Under the pieces are notes generated by a model that saw only the letters and a program-made list of their open reading frames with translations, ran no database searches and was not told the DNA's origin. Made by a program: the position numbers and the translations under genes. DNA of 63,879 nucleotides, counting the filler, from Octopus bimaculoides (taxonomy: Eukaryota): assembly GCF_001194135.2 (NCBI RefSeq). It is 9 parts of 7 records of this genome, joined end to end, with 100 filler letters (N's around TTAATTAATTAA, not from the genome) between each part and the next. Parts side by side here need not be neighbours in the genome. Positions count along the whole stretch, not along the records: positions 42,699 to 51,095 come from NC_068997.1; positions 51,196 to 53,807 come from NC_069006.1; positions 53,908 to 58,251 come from NC_068997.1; positions 58,352 to 60,088 come from NW_026351120.1; positions 60,189 to 63,879 come from NC_068982.1; 4 more parts are not named here. One strand, 5' to 3'. Every line of letters starts with the position of its first letter. The first letter of the stretch is position 1. Below, one piece after another: positions 49,120-62,040 of the stretch.

Positions 49120-49592
49120 GTGTAGAAATGGCTGTGTGGTAAGAAGCTTGCTTCCCAACCACATGGTTCTGGGTTCAGTCCCACTGCATGACACCTTCGG
49201 CAANNNNNNNNNNGTGTAGAAATGGCTGTGTGGTAAGAAGCTTGCTTCCCAACCACATGGTTCTGGGTTCAGTCCCACTGCATGACACCTTCGGCAAGCG
49301 TCTTCTACTATAGCCTCAGGCCGACCAAAGCCTTGTGAGTGGATTTAGTAGACGGAAACTGAAAGCCCGTCGTATATACATATGTATGTACTTGTGTGTC
49401 TGTATTTGTCCCCCTGTGTTTGTCCCTGTGTTTGACAACCGATGCTGGTGTGCTTAAGTATCCGTAACCTAGCGGTTCGGCAAAAAGAGACCGATAGAAT
49501 AAGTAGTAGGCTTACAAAGAACAAGTCCTCTCGTCGATTTGTTCGGCTAAAGGCCGTGCTCCAGCATGGCCGCAGTCAATTGACTGAAACAT
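49119..49592 (+). mobile_element. SINE family A (head duplicated across a 10-N gap)
   Basis: Collinear with other family A copies. Confidence 0.9.
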
Positions 49593-50217
49593 GTTAAAGA
49601 ATATACATATATGTGTAGACACACATATAAGAGTGGAACAATTGCCTTTTGTGTATGTCTACTTGTTTGTATGTATGTGTGTGTTTATGTAAGCATATGT
49701 ATATATGTGTATGTGCGTGTATATTGATGCGTGTGTGTATATACGTATATGTGTATGTCTTTTGTGTGTATGTGTGTGGGGGTGAAGGTGGATAGGTGTA
49801 TGTGTGTTGATGCTTGTATATATGAACGTATGTGTACATATGCGTCCCATTTGTGTCGGTAGGCTTTCAGTAGCCAACCGGCTGTACATACATACACCCT
49901 TATCGTTGAAGAAATAATAGCTCGTCCAGGTGAACGTGGCTTTAGAAAACCCAGGTAATAATACGACGGGGTCAAAGAGCAAAGTCGTTGTTTGTCATGT
50001 GTGAAGATGGCGTGAAACACAGGTGACAAAAACGAGGTGATACGGAATGAAGGCCATTCAGAAGGAGGAGGGCTGATGTTTAGAAACAAATTTATGACAC
50101 GTGGCTGCCTATACAACACTGGACAGGGGTCAATTTGAACCCTCCCCCGTCTCATCTCCTCTCCCTACATCCTTTGTTCAGATATATAACGACCTTTGGA
50201 TTATATTATAAAGCAAA

Positions 50218-50455
50218 CAAAGGCGACGCGCTGGTTGAATCGTCAGCACGTCGAACAAAATGCTTAACGACATTCCTTGCAGTTCTCTAGGTTCTGAGTT
50301 CAAATTGCACCGAGTCGACTTTGCCTTTCATCCTTTAAGTACAAGTATAGCTTCAGGGGTCGACAAATTTAGTACCAGTTTAGCAGTGGGGTAGATATAA
50401 TCGGCTTAGTTTCCATCTTCTTAATTTGCTGGACTGATGCCAAAATTTGAAGCAA
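50218..50455 (+). mobile_element. SINE family B
   Basis: aggcgacgcgctgg..gagttcaaatt..gtcgactttgcctttcatcc. Confidence 0.85.
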
Positions 50456-50937
50456 TCATAAAGCAAACATTTATGCTAGAAACAGCAGTCAAATCTCTTT
50501 CAAATCACACCATATTGTTTAAATGCAAAGTAGGGCAATTAGATATAGTTATAGAGACGCTGGGTCTGACAAAGACGGAATGGTCACTGCTGGAAAGTAT
50601 AGGATTAAAGGCCTAACTTATTCAGTGCTGACCTTGGGTTATAAAATAAATTATTATAGCTACAACGGAGGAGTCCTTTATGTGATCGACATATCAACCA
50701 AATTTCATTCAAACGTAATTGATATTACAATATACGATGTTATAAAAAAAAAGAATCAAGAACATTTGGCTAATATAATTCTAGATATACCATGTCCGAA
50801 AAAGGGACACGATGGTCACGTTTGGAACATATTTGATCGTAAATCTACTTGCTCGGGGCTCATCTGAAGTAAGGAATAAACAAATTTCACTTTCAAACTA
50901 TGTTTAAACAGAATGCGTTGTAAATCATAGGTGTGTG

Positions 50938-50972
<35 letters not shown>

Positions 50973-51446
50973 GTATGCACATACCTGTACGTATATATGC
51001 ATATACTCATTTACTTTTGTTTTTACATGATTGAACGCAGCGTCTCACAAAAATTGTAAGTAGTTTTCGTAAACTTATCCTCCGACGCTACTCTANNNNN
51101 NNNNNNNNNNNNNNNNNNNNNNNNNNNNNNNNNNNNNNNTTAATTAATTAANNNNNNNNNNNNNNNNNNNNNNNNNNNNNNNNNNNNNNNNNNNNTGGTT
51201 GTAAAAAAGCCACAATAATTATGCACCAACCCAATATTTGAATTTGAAAAGTTTTCTCCTGTTTTTGTTCTTTTAACTGCAAAGTCTTTGATCAGATTCT
51301 CACTATGACACTATGAACAGTTGGAAATTATATTTCTGATTATATAAACCTCTTTGAATATTAAATTCAAATTACGATAAACGTAAACAAACAAACGAAG
51401 CGTTGAGATGTCTTAGAAAGTTAAAGTGATTTTAAATTCTCAAACG

Positions 51447-51583
51447 CAGGATAATGCTAATAATATATCCTGAACAGGATAAACTACTCCTATTTTGCAG
51501 AAAAAAGTGTAGGCCGCCCACACTTTTCTCTGCAAAATAGGGGTAGTTTATCCTGTTCAGGCTATATTATTAGCATTATCCTG
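51447..51583. repeat. Near-perfect fold-back (64-bp arms, 9-nt loop), probable MITE
   Basis: 51447-51510 vs 51520-51583, 3 mismatches. Confidence 0.8.
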
Positions 51584-52199
51584 TCTTTGAATATTATTTC
51601 AGCAATTATTTCAAGTGATTTCTTTTGTGCCATAAACCATTTACCATTTCTGTGGTGCCCTCTTCCCTTCCCTTGATGCCATAAGTACATGCATATTTTG
51701 CTTAACGGTTAATCCAGCACTGACAACATGAATGTTCTGAAAGTAAGGTAACCAGAGAAAAAGAATGGGTTGGAAAAACTGAAAACCAAGAAAGGAGTTG
51801 GTGTGGACAGTTAGGAATGGATGAGGAAGAATAGTGTGGGTAGCAAACAATCGAAATGTATGATTGCATTCATTTAAAATCAATCGTTTTTACTTTGGGA
51901 GGATTATAACATTCCAATTTGATATCCGTGCCTTAGGATGGCAGAGTTCTCATTTAATGATTGACTATTTAATTATTAACTAATTTTAATCATTTAATGA
52001 TTAACTAATCATTCTTTGGTTAATCAAAACATGTAACCTTTACACTGCTATTCAGATACTTTGTTAGCCAGGTTCCTGCATGAAGTGCTTTTGGGGTGAT
52101 CACCAGGATTTTACCCATGCTTTCAATTACACCCACACACACTGTGTAAATAGTGAAATCTACTTCACTTGTCTCATGTTGCAAATTCTTTCATTTCAG

Positions 52200-52368
52200 T
52201 TTTAAATTACTTCCATTCCAAATATGAATCAATGGTACTTTTGGAAGGCGCAATCTTTCAAACTGGAGTCAATGACCCCACATCACGCAATGGGGAATAC
52301 CCAGTCCATCGGGTGCAGGTGAAAGCTTTTTATATTGACAGATACCCAATAACAAACATTCAGTTCAG
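52200..52368 (+). CDS. SUMF2: Coding exon, N-terminal part of a formylglycine-generating-enzyme (FGE-sulfatase) domain; SUMF2-like
   Basis: 169-nt exon, tcatttcag acceptor and AG|GTAATA donor, encoding LNYFHSKYESMVLLEGAIFQTGVNDPTSRNGEYPVHRVQVKAFYIDRYPITNIQFR. The pattern SMVxLxGxxFxxGxNxPxSRxGxxPV...VKxFxIDxxPxTNxxFR fits SUMF2 better than SUMF1. Confidence 0.85.
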
Positions 52369-52523
52369 GTAATAACAACTTTATTCACCTTAATATACAC
52401 ATATAAACATTCATGTGTGTGTGTGTGTGTGTGTATGCATATATATGTTTGTGTGTGTGTGTATATATATATATGTTTATGTATGTGTGTATGTATATAT
52501 ATTTATGCATGTAAGTATGTCTG

Positions 52524-52693
52524 TACAAAATTAAGAGGAATGACCACAAAAGTGGACTCCTATATGCTATAAATAGATGCTAAATCACCTAACCATGAAG
52601 AGTATATTCTCAACTCTTCGTGGTTAGGTAATTTAGCATCTATTTCTAGCATATAGGAGTCCACTTTTGGTGGTCATTCCTCTTAATTTTGTA
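52524..52693. repeat. Near-perfect fold-back (80-bp arms, 9-nt loop), TA-ended MITE
   Basis: 52524-52603 vs 52613-52693, 3 mismatches plus 1 indel. Confidence 0.8.
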
Positions 52694-53499
52694 TGTAATA
52701 TAATTTTAATCTTCGGATTTTTTAAATATGCTAGGCCACTGGTTTTAATTGATTAATATCAAGTTCTACCCTCATTATTAAATTTTATGTATGTATATAT
52801 GTATATATATTCTTCATCATCATCCAGTGTTTTAAATCTGGGTTTTGTCCCTATTAACGGGGGTGGCCAGATCTACCTCAATGCCATAGCAACCAAGGTA
52901 GGCAAGTGCTGCCCACCCCAACCTTTGGGTTGGCTGGTGCCCATTCTCCTTTCCTATCATGAGGCTTTTTTGGTGCTGGATTTTCTACCCCCAACCTCAC
53001 TTTCTAGACATAAGTGATCCTGAGACCAAGGCTTCTACCACGATTTTTAAGAAATGTGGTGGAAAACTAGCTCAGAAAGGCAGGGATGCTACTCCCTGAG
53101 ACCCCTTTCAGAGCCCCCCTCCCCTCTACATATATATGCATATTGTCATCATCATCTTCATCTAATGTATTGGAAATGTATTGGGGCCTACCAACAGGGA
53201 ACAGTGGGAGAGTGTAAATAGTAAAGAGGAAACTGAAGGGGAAGCTCTTTAAGGGTGTGAGGGGGTGTTATGTTTATAGATGGGGAAGATATGACTGTAG
53301 CAAGTGATGGAGAGAAAAAGTGGAGTGACCAAGCAGGGAAGGGGGTATAGTAGATATAAGGTAGGATAGATAGATAAATAAAGAGATAGATAGAGAGAGA
53401 TGGATAGATGGATGGACATATGGACTGACAGACAAACATATGGATAGATAGATAGATAGATTGTTGATGCTGTAGAAGAAGAAAGAAGAAATGCGTCCT

Positions 53500-53670
53500 T
53501 CTTGAGCCATACCAGGCTCATAAGGGCCGGTTTCCCAGTTTCAGTGGCGTATAAATTCCCCACCTGGATGGGACACCGATCCGTCGCGGGATTCCTCATT
53601 TTTGCCAGCTGAGTGGACTGGAGCAACATGAAATGAAGTGTCTTGCTCAAGAACACAACGCATCACTGTC
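53500..53670 (-). mobile_element. SINE fragment with family-D centre and a different tail
   Basis: cagctgagtggactggagcaacatgaaatgaagtgtcttgctcaagaacacaac shared with 8340-8400. Confidence 0.7.
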
Positions 53671-54512
53671 CTGTTCTTGTTTACATTTTCACCCACCGCA
53701 AAAAAATTCCAAATTTAATAAATTTGTATTTGCGGGAAGGACTTCCAACGAAGTCGCATATTGTCCTTGCCTTCGAAACATGGAGTAGATGGAACAGGGA
53801 CAACTGANNNNNNNNNNNNNNNNNNNNNNNNNNNNNNNNNNNNNNNNNNNNTTAATTAATTAANNNNNNNNNNNNNNNNNNNNNNNNNNNNNNNNNNNNN
53901 NNNNNNNATATATATATATATATATATATATATAGCTATACTATATATACATAGTTATACTATATATATATTTATATATATATATATACGTGTGTGTGTG
54001 TGTTTATGTATGTATGTGAGTGTATATGTGTGTATATATATATATGCGTAAGAGAGTGTATGAGTGTGTGTGGGTGAGGGTGGGGGTGGTTTGTGGCGTG
54101 TGAGTCAGATAAATTAAGGAGATCGACCAGATTTCGACATAATGAAGAAAATAGTAACACGAGAGGTGGTAGGTCGTAACACGGTCTGTATGTAACACCA
54201 TAAGTGTAACAGATTGTAACAGAGCTCAGCGATTAGCGCTGTCTGTAGCGGCGCTGCTTGTCAGAAACTATTAAGTTAGACTTCTTTGAAGTTCTCTTAT
54301 CTCGAGCGTGTGCACATAAAACATATATGTGTATATAGGAGCATACAATACGCGCAGGAATATACATACGTACATACATACATACATACATACATACATA
54401 CATACATACATACATGCATGCATATGACATACCTACATAGATCCATACATACACATATGCTTATCATATACACATACATACTTATACATATACATACATA
54501 TGTATATGTGTG

Positions 54513-54571
<59 letters not shown>

Positions 54572-54857
54572 GTATATATATACATACGAGCTTGATATAT
54601 CTATATACATGCTTATACATATGCACCTATACATATATACACACATACTCATGCGTATATACATAAGTCAGATGTATGTGTGTGTAACCTTCTGACGAGT
54701 GAGTATTTATCCAGCTATCTACTTTGTAAACACAAGCATTTACCTAAGGTACACACACACTCACACACACTCTCTCTCTCTCACACATACACATATGTAT
54801 ATGTGTGTATTTATGCATGCATGTAGATAAGTATGCCTATATATTTGTATGTATACG

Positions 54858-54917
<60 letters not shown>

Positions 54918-56352
54918 ACATACATATATATATATACACACACACACGCACACACACATTAGTTCCATACAAACACAAAGGTGGCGCTATCAATCTTTCT
55001 ATCTTTCTTCCAGACAAAATAACGTCGTTCACATTTTTTTATCGTTCGTTTTTATTTCTGTTTTCTTTCTGTAGAGAGTACAAAGGGGAAATAAATGCAG
55101 GCATCACCGTAACTGCCTTCTTTCCCTCCTAAGGGCACCAACAGCTTAAGTGAAGTGAATTGGCTTAATCCGGAAATTGAAACCCGCTCTCCAGGAGGTC
55201 ATACCTTTAACAACGTCCTTCATCTTCCATGGATTTCTCTCCCTATTTTTTTTTTCTTTCCGTTTATTTTTTGCCCCTTTTATTTATTTATTTATTTTTG
55301 TTATTATGTCTTGATAAAACTTGGTTTGTGGCCAGCAGGACCATTGATTTCTGCAGTGTGTATGTAATTGGTGTTAGGAATATGTCATCCCCGACAATAC
55401 AAATACAAATAAAAAGATAATAAATATAAGAAGAAGAAGGAGAAAAAAAGCAGCAAAAAAAAAAACGACAACAAAAAATTTACTTTTCATTGACGATTTC
55501 CGCCATTTTGCAACGTCTTCGTTGTTGTTTTATTATCGATGTTTCGACAATCTTTAATCACCGCAACAAGTTTCCTTGCTGCTCTTATCTAAGCTAAATG
55601 TGCGGCCAATAGAAATATGCTGAAGTGAGGTGTTGGAGGATGAAGAGGAAAGAGAGGGGAGAAGGCGGAGATGGTGATGGTGGTAGAGAGTAAAGGAGGT
55701 GAAAGGAATAAATGAAGCAAGAGAAGGGAATGGGGGTACGGTAAATAAATAAGAGAAAGAAAAAGGAAGAGAAAAAGAGGGAAGTCCGTTTTGACTTTTT
55801 GCCTGGAAACATTTAATTGTACAAGTTCCCTTATTTCATCACATACCTATTGTTACTGCTGTTGGCGTTGTTGTTGTTTGCACTGTTTCCTTCTTCTATT
55901 TCTCTTTCTCTTCCTTCAGTCTAATGTCAGCCTTGATACACTTATATAGTCTCGGATGATCAACCCTTTAGCACCTCATCTTTTATGCAGCCGTGGGTAC
56001 TTATCACACTTTTCCTGATGATATTTAAAGTACGGTGAATTATGCAGCCTTTGGCTGTTATTTCTTCTAAGTTCAAGAACCACATAGAAGCACCCCCTCT
56101 TTGGCCATTGTTATTGTTTCTATATTTGTTATTGTGGTTGTTTTTGTAATTGTTCTCGTTGTTTAGCTTCAACTTTGGCATACCTGTATGCTTCCAGACG
56201 ATCAAACTTTCAGTATCCCGTACTTCATGCAACCGTAGATTCTTGTCTTTCCTTTTTCCTTTTATAAAGATGATAGATTGTGATGAAGTGCGGAATACTC
56301 AGATATTATTTCTAGCAACTTCATTGACCACATAGAGGCCCCTCTACAGCCT

Positions 56353-56385
<33 letters not shown>

Positions 56386-56585
56386 TTGTTCTTTAGTCAC
56401 AGATTGTCCCCGGTCAAGCACGTCCGTTATCAAAATGACTCCTGCTTTACCTATACTATCTTTACTCAGACTCAGTCCAGTTATTATCTAGAATCGCATT
56501 ATCAAAGGCATCTTTGCTTTAAAAAGTCAATAAGGTTTTGAACAATCACACAGGGATACGAAGTGTCCCTGTCTGTATCTGTCAG

Positions 56586-56626
<41 letters not shown>

Positions 56627-56724
56627 NNNNNNNNNNNNNNNNNNNNNNNNNNNNNNNNNNNNNNNNNNNNNNNNNNNNNNNNNNNNNNNNNNNNNNNNNN
56701 NNNNNNNNNNNNNNNNNNNNNNNN

Positions 56725-56755
<31 letters not shown>

Positions 56756-57518
56756 AATCTATTTATCTATCTATCTAGCTAGCTAGCTATTTCTATCTAT
56801 CTATCTATCTATCTATCTAGCTATCTAACTATCGATCGATCGATCGATCGATCGATCTATCTATCTCTATCTCTCGCTTTGTCTCTCTCTCACCCACTCT
56901 CACTCACTCTCTCTGGCAAGTCATCAAGTCGGGAAGCAAAAAGAAAAAGAAAAGAAAACAGATTTAAACATCCTTTCCTTAAGAATCTACTTTACAAAGT
57001 ACATATCGGCCCTAAAATATCTAAGATACACTTTTTGTTCGTCGGCTCCGATTCAACAGCATATCTGCGATCAAAGCATCGTAGCGTAGGAGTAAATGGC
57101 CTTTACCGAGATTTTAGCCGACACTACATATATAAAAGAATTGCCTTTATACATAATATCTTCATGGACAAAAAAGAATTAGTTTCAATCTTGTGTTTGG
57201 ATTTCATTAGTGATCAAAATAACTTTTGTAACTCCAAAGAAACTCTGCTTATATGTCCGCTATCAAATAATTGAAATTGACCGATCGTCGTATATAACGC
57301 ATTTCTTACAGCAAGATCGATTAATAAATTATTGGTGCATTGTACAAATTGTGTGTGTGTGTGTAGATGTGTGTGTGTGTGCGTGTGTGTGTGTCCATAA
57401 ATGTATCTGATGGGTTTCCATACAGTCTAGGTTGCCAAATTTCATTCTGAAAACTTTGGTCAACACTTGTCCAAATTACTGCGTCGCAGGATCGAAACAC
57501 CACTACCATCACCACCAC

Positions 57519-57547
57519 TAAGGTATTTTTCAATGTTGCTGTTATTA

Positions 57548-57583
<36 letters not shown>

Positions 57584-57790
57584 ATCACTGCCTGGAATCG
57601 AACTCGGANNNNNNNNNNTTATTATTCAGATCACTGCCTGGAATCGAACTCGGAATCTTGGAGCTAGTAGCCCGCGCTCTTAACCACTACGCCATATGCC
57701 CGTGCTCTTAACCACAATGCCATATGCCCGTGTTAACAACAAACAAGATGAGGAGAAATATCCGTCAAATGTAAATAATGTAAATAATGT
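57519..57790 (-). mobile_element. tRNA-headed short element (same family as 25223-25482) with inverted tail piece
   Basis: Minus-strand A-box TGGCGTAGTGG (57684-57694) and B-box GAGTTCGATTC (57641-57651), then (AAT)n. Plus-strand tail gtgttaacaacaaacaagatgagg starts at 57730. Confidence 0.65.
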
Positions 57791-57889
57791 ACTGATATAA
57801 TTTGTTTGGAATAGAAAAGACTAGTCATATATAGTCATAGATTTTTAACTGCCATGCAGAGGTGACCATCTCTTCGAAAATCAAGTATA

Positions 57890-58050
57890 TAGGTGCAAGC
57901 GTGGCTGGGTGGAATGTAGCTTGCTTCCTAATCACCTGGTTCCGGGTTCAAACTGCGTGGCACCTTGAGCAAGTGCCTTCTACTATAGCCACGAGCCGAC
58001 CAAATCCTAGTGAATGGATTTGGTAGACGGAAACTGAAAGACATCGCATA
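57890..58050 (+). mobile_element. SINE family A, 5' half
   Basis: gtggctgggtgg..ggttccgggttcaaac..gagcaagtgccttctactatagcc. Confidence 0.85.
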
Positions 58051-58198
58051 TACATACACACACACACATACACACACGTACGCAAACACACGTACACAGA
58101 CATATACACAAGCAAGTACATACATATACACATACACGAATGTGTGTAAGTGTGTGTGTGTGTGGGTGTGTGTGTGTATGTATATATGTATATGTATG

Positions 58199-58245
<47 letters not shown>

Positions 58246-58378
58246 GTATATNNNNNNNNNNNNNNNNNNNNNNNNNNNNNNNNNNNNNNNNNNNNTTAAT
58301 TAATTAANNNNNNNNNNNNNNNNNNNNNNNNNNNNNNNNNNNNNNNNNNNNGGTAAATTACGAAAGAAATTAATAAAT

Positions 58379-58421
<43 letters not shown>

Positions 58422-58926
58422 TGAAGAAGAAGAAGAAGAACAAGAACAAGAAGAAGGTATTAAATAAAATAAATGAGAAACTAATTGCAGACAACACATT
58501 AAAAGAAAATATATATATTTAAAATTACAAAAAAAAAAAATAATAATTTATTTTTTGAAAATGATATTTTCTAAAGGAATAAAAGGAAATATATTTTACT
58601 GGAAACAAAACAACACATAACAGAATATATTATCCACTGTGTGTATATATATGTATATATATATATATGTATGTATGTTATTTTATGTATGTGTGTATGT
58701 ATATATATGATATGAGAAATGTTGAAAATAAAATAATAATATATAAAATTTTTTTAAAAAATAGAGAATTTAAAAAAAAAAGTTAATTAAAATATTTAGC
58801 TAGATAAAAATTTTAAAAAATAAACAGAATGGCGACGGATTGAATTAAGTGAAATGAAAGAATTTGCAATAAGAATAATGATGACGATGATGATGATGAT
58901 GGTAACGGTTATGATGTTGATGAAAA

Positions 58927-58962
<36 letters not shown>

Positions 58963-59329
58963 AGTAATAAAAATAATAATAATAAAATTCCGTATGTAAT
59001 TTTCAGGTGAAAATACGTTCATATAATCTTCAGTCACTCTCTGTCATTTTCTGTTATTTGTCTTGAGAAAGCACACAACCAATTTGAGCGCAGTTTTTTC
59101 TTAGCTTTTTTTTTTTTTAGCAACAGCAATGGTGAAGAAAGTGTAGACTTTTGTTGTACAAAATGATACGTTGATGGTTATTTTAGTTGTTTTGAATGTG
59201 CTGGAGCTGGTTACACGTGGTACTCGTGTTGGTAGCGATGTTGGCGTGGAGGGCGTTGTGGTCGGTTCTCACAAGCCCATCAGAACGACCAATTTTTGTA
59301 ACATCGAAGGATTCTCATGGCGGTTTTTG

Positions 59330-59590
59330 GCCATCTGGAGTGATGCAAAGATTTTAATCTGGCACGAATAAAGCCGTCCCTATTGGCTTCTCCACATCCT
59401 GGAAGTGAAACTTCACTAACCATTGTTACTGCTCTTTCAACACTCTGAAAGTGGCAAGGAAACTTTTCAAGCAGCTCTATTTTTGGAATATTTTGATCTT
59501 CCAGAAGATAATGTAGAGTTTCCTTTTCGACGAGTCTTAGGTTTTCCGTGAGCCAGGTCGTCATTTATTGTACCAGAGCCTTACCCCCTT
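59330..59590 (-). mobile_element. DNA-transposase C-terminal remnant (hAT-like)
   Basis: LEKFPCHFQSVERAVTMVSEVSLPGCGEANRDGFIRARLKS; the PCHxQxVERxV..E.S...RDGFIR pattern is typical of invertebrate transposase C-termini. Superfamily tentative. Confidence 0.6.
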
Positions 59591-59854
59591 AAAAAGCATA
59601 AGTAATAGATTTTGGTCTAAATTTTGACTTTGTGGCAAAAGCTGACCCTTAATAGGAACAAATTTGAAAACTTGATGATTTTCAAACTCTTATTTCCTTT
59701 CCAATCGTTCGAGAGAAGATCGATGGTCCTTGATTTTAAGCCTTCAGTAAATATGAATAAATGTCTCAACAAGGTGAAGGTGGAGGGGATGAGGAGGTGG
59801 AGATGGAGTTGGAGGGGATGTGGAGGTGGAGGTGGAGGTTGACGAAGAAGAAGA

Positions 59855-59890
<36 letters not shown>

Positions 59891-60188
59891 GTCATGATGA
59901 CGGCGCCGACGACGAAGACGACGACAATGATGATGATGGCAGGGCGTGTGTGTGTGATCATGATGATGACGTAGAAGAAGAAAAAGAAAAGAAGAAGACA
60001 ACAACAACAAAAACAACCTAAACAAGATAGAAGACAGAACAAGAAAATGACATTTGTCTTCTAAAGTTTGTCTTATTTCAGTTTATTTNNNNNNNNNNNN
60101 NNNNNNNNNNNNNNNNNNNNNNNNNNNNNNNNTTAATTAATTAANNNNNNNNNNNNNNNNNNNNNNNNNNNNNNNNNNNNNNNNNNNN

Positions 60189-60233
<45 letters not shown>

Positions 60234-60351
60234 TGTATACACACACACACACACAGGTGACACTTTACAGGACGTCTTACATGCTAGAGATAGCAGCCAA
60301 ACCCAAACCACGAAAAAAATAATTCCAAAGAGAATGAAAACAACAATTATT

Positions 60352-60398
<47 letters not shown>

Positions 60399-60810
60399 AT
60401 GCATGTATGTATATATTTATGCCTATGTATATGTATGTATGTATGTATATACATGTTCTTGAATAGGGTTCTCCTAATGTTGCTCCAACACAAATACCAA
60501 TGATTTCTTTTTAATTATTATTATATGCAGAGTCTTCTCTTCTAAGATAAGCAAGAAGCCGCCTCGAATTTAAGTAATAATCCTTCATTATCTGTAATTA
60601 TGACGATTTTGTACATCCATATCATTTGTTACCTTACGACGAGGTTATTGTGGTCACCCTTTTGAGCTTTCGTAAAATTTCTATCTCATTTTGTCTCATT
60701 CATTAATTAAAGCTATTTATTAAAACACATTTCTCCTTTTCAATTTTCCACTTCTCCTCCTCCTCCTCCTCCTCCTCGTTCGTCTCAACACAGTTATACT
60801 TACTCTCATT

Positions 60811-60855
<45 letters not shown>

Positions 60856-61520
60856 TCTCTGTCTTTCCTCTTCTTTCTCTTTTCCCTATACCTTTCCCCA
60901 CTCTTTTATTCTGCTTTAGAACCCTTCCGTCCTCACACACACACACACGCTTTCTCTTCCCTCCTCCTCTCTCTTTCTCTTACTCTCTCTCTCTCTCTCT
61001 CTCTCTCATTATCCCCATCTCCATATCTATCGGTTGAAAATCAACCCTTATTTAACTTGTTTAACCCCTATTTTTCCTCGGCTTTCCACTCCTCTGCCAN
61101 NNNNNNNNNNNNNNNNNNNNNNNNNNNNNNNNNNNNNNNNNNNNNNNNNNNNNNNNNNNNNNNNNNNNNNNNNNNNNNNNNNNNNNNNNNNNNNNNNNNN
61201 NNNNNNNNNNNNNNNNNNNNNNNNNNNNNNNNNNNNNNNNNNNNNNNNNNNNNNNNNNNNNNNNNNNNNNNNNNNNNNNNNNNNNNNNNNNNNNNNNNNN
61301 NNNNNNNNNNNNNNNNNNNNNNNNNNNNNNNNNNNNNNNNNNNNNNNNNNNNNNNNNNNNNNNNNNNNNNNNNNNNNNNNNNNNNNNNNNNNNNNNNNNN
61401 NNNNNNNNNNNNNNNNNNNNNNNNNNNNNNNNNNNNNNNNNNNNNNNNNNNNNNNNNNNNNNNNNNNNNNNNNNNNNNNNNNNNNNNNNNNNNNNNNNNN
61501 NNNNNNNNNNNNNNNNNNNN

Positions 61521-62000
61521 GAGGAGAAAAAGGAAAAGGGGAGGGGAATGAGACGAAGCAGAAAAAGTGGGAGGAGTAAGTGAAGAAGGGAAATTAGAAG
61601 AAGAAGAAGAAGAAGAAGAAGAAGAAGAAGAAGAAGAAGAAGAAGAAGAAGAAGAAGAAGGGGAGGAATAGGAAGGGGGAGAAAAGGAAGAGGAAGGGGG
61701 AGAAAAGGAAGAGGAAGGGGGAGAAGAGGAAGAAGAAGATGAATAAGAGAAAGAAGAGGAAGAGAAGCTGAAGAGGAAGAGAAGCTGAAGAGGAAGAGAA
61801 GCTGAAGAGGAAGAGAAGCTGAAGAGGAAGGAGAAAGATGAAGAAGGAAGAGGATGAGAAGAAGTTGATGAAGAAAAAGAAGGAGAAAGATAAAGAGAAT
61901 GAGGAGAAGGAGAGAAGGAATAGAAGTAGAAGAAAAAGAAGGGAAAGGAAGAAGAAGAAGAAGAAGAAGAAGAAGATGATGATGATGATGATGATGATGG

Positions 62001-62038
<38 letters not shown>

Positions 62039-62040
62039 GA
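61521..62040. repeat. (GAA)n/(GAT)n/(CAT)n tract with four copies of a 17-bp unit aagaggaagagaagctg
   Basis: Direct inspection. Confidence 0.9.

Noticed and set aside
55074-55200. Strong-looking acceptor ttttctttctgtag followed by EYKGEINAGITVTAFFPS*
   Set aside because: All three frames close within about 25 codons, with no clear donor and no recognisable protein.
55960-56232. 90-aa minus-strand ORF, and the 131-aa plus-strand ORF at 56879-57274
   Set aside because: No domain, splice or start-context support; lengths are compatible with chance.
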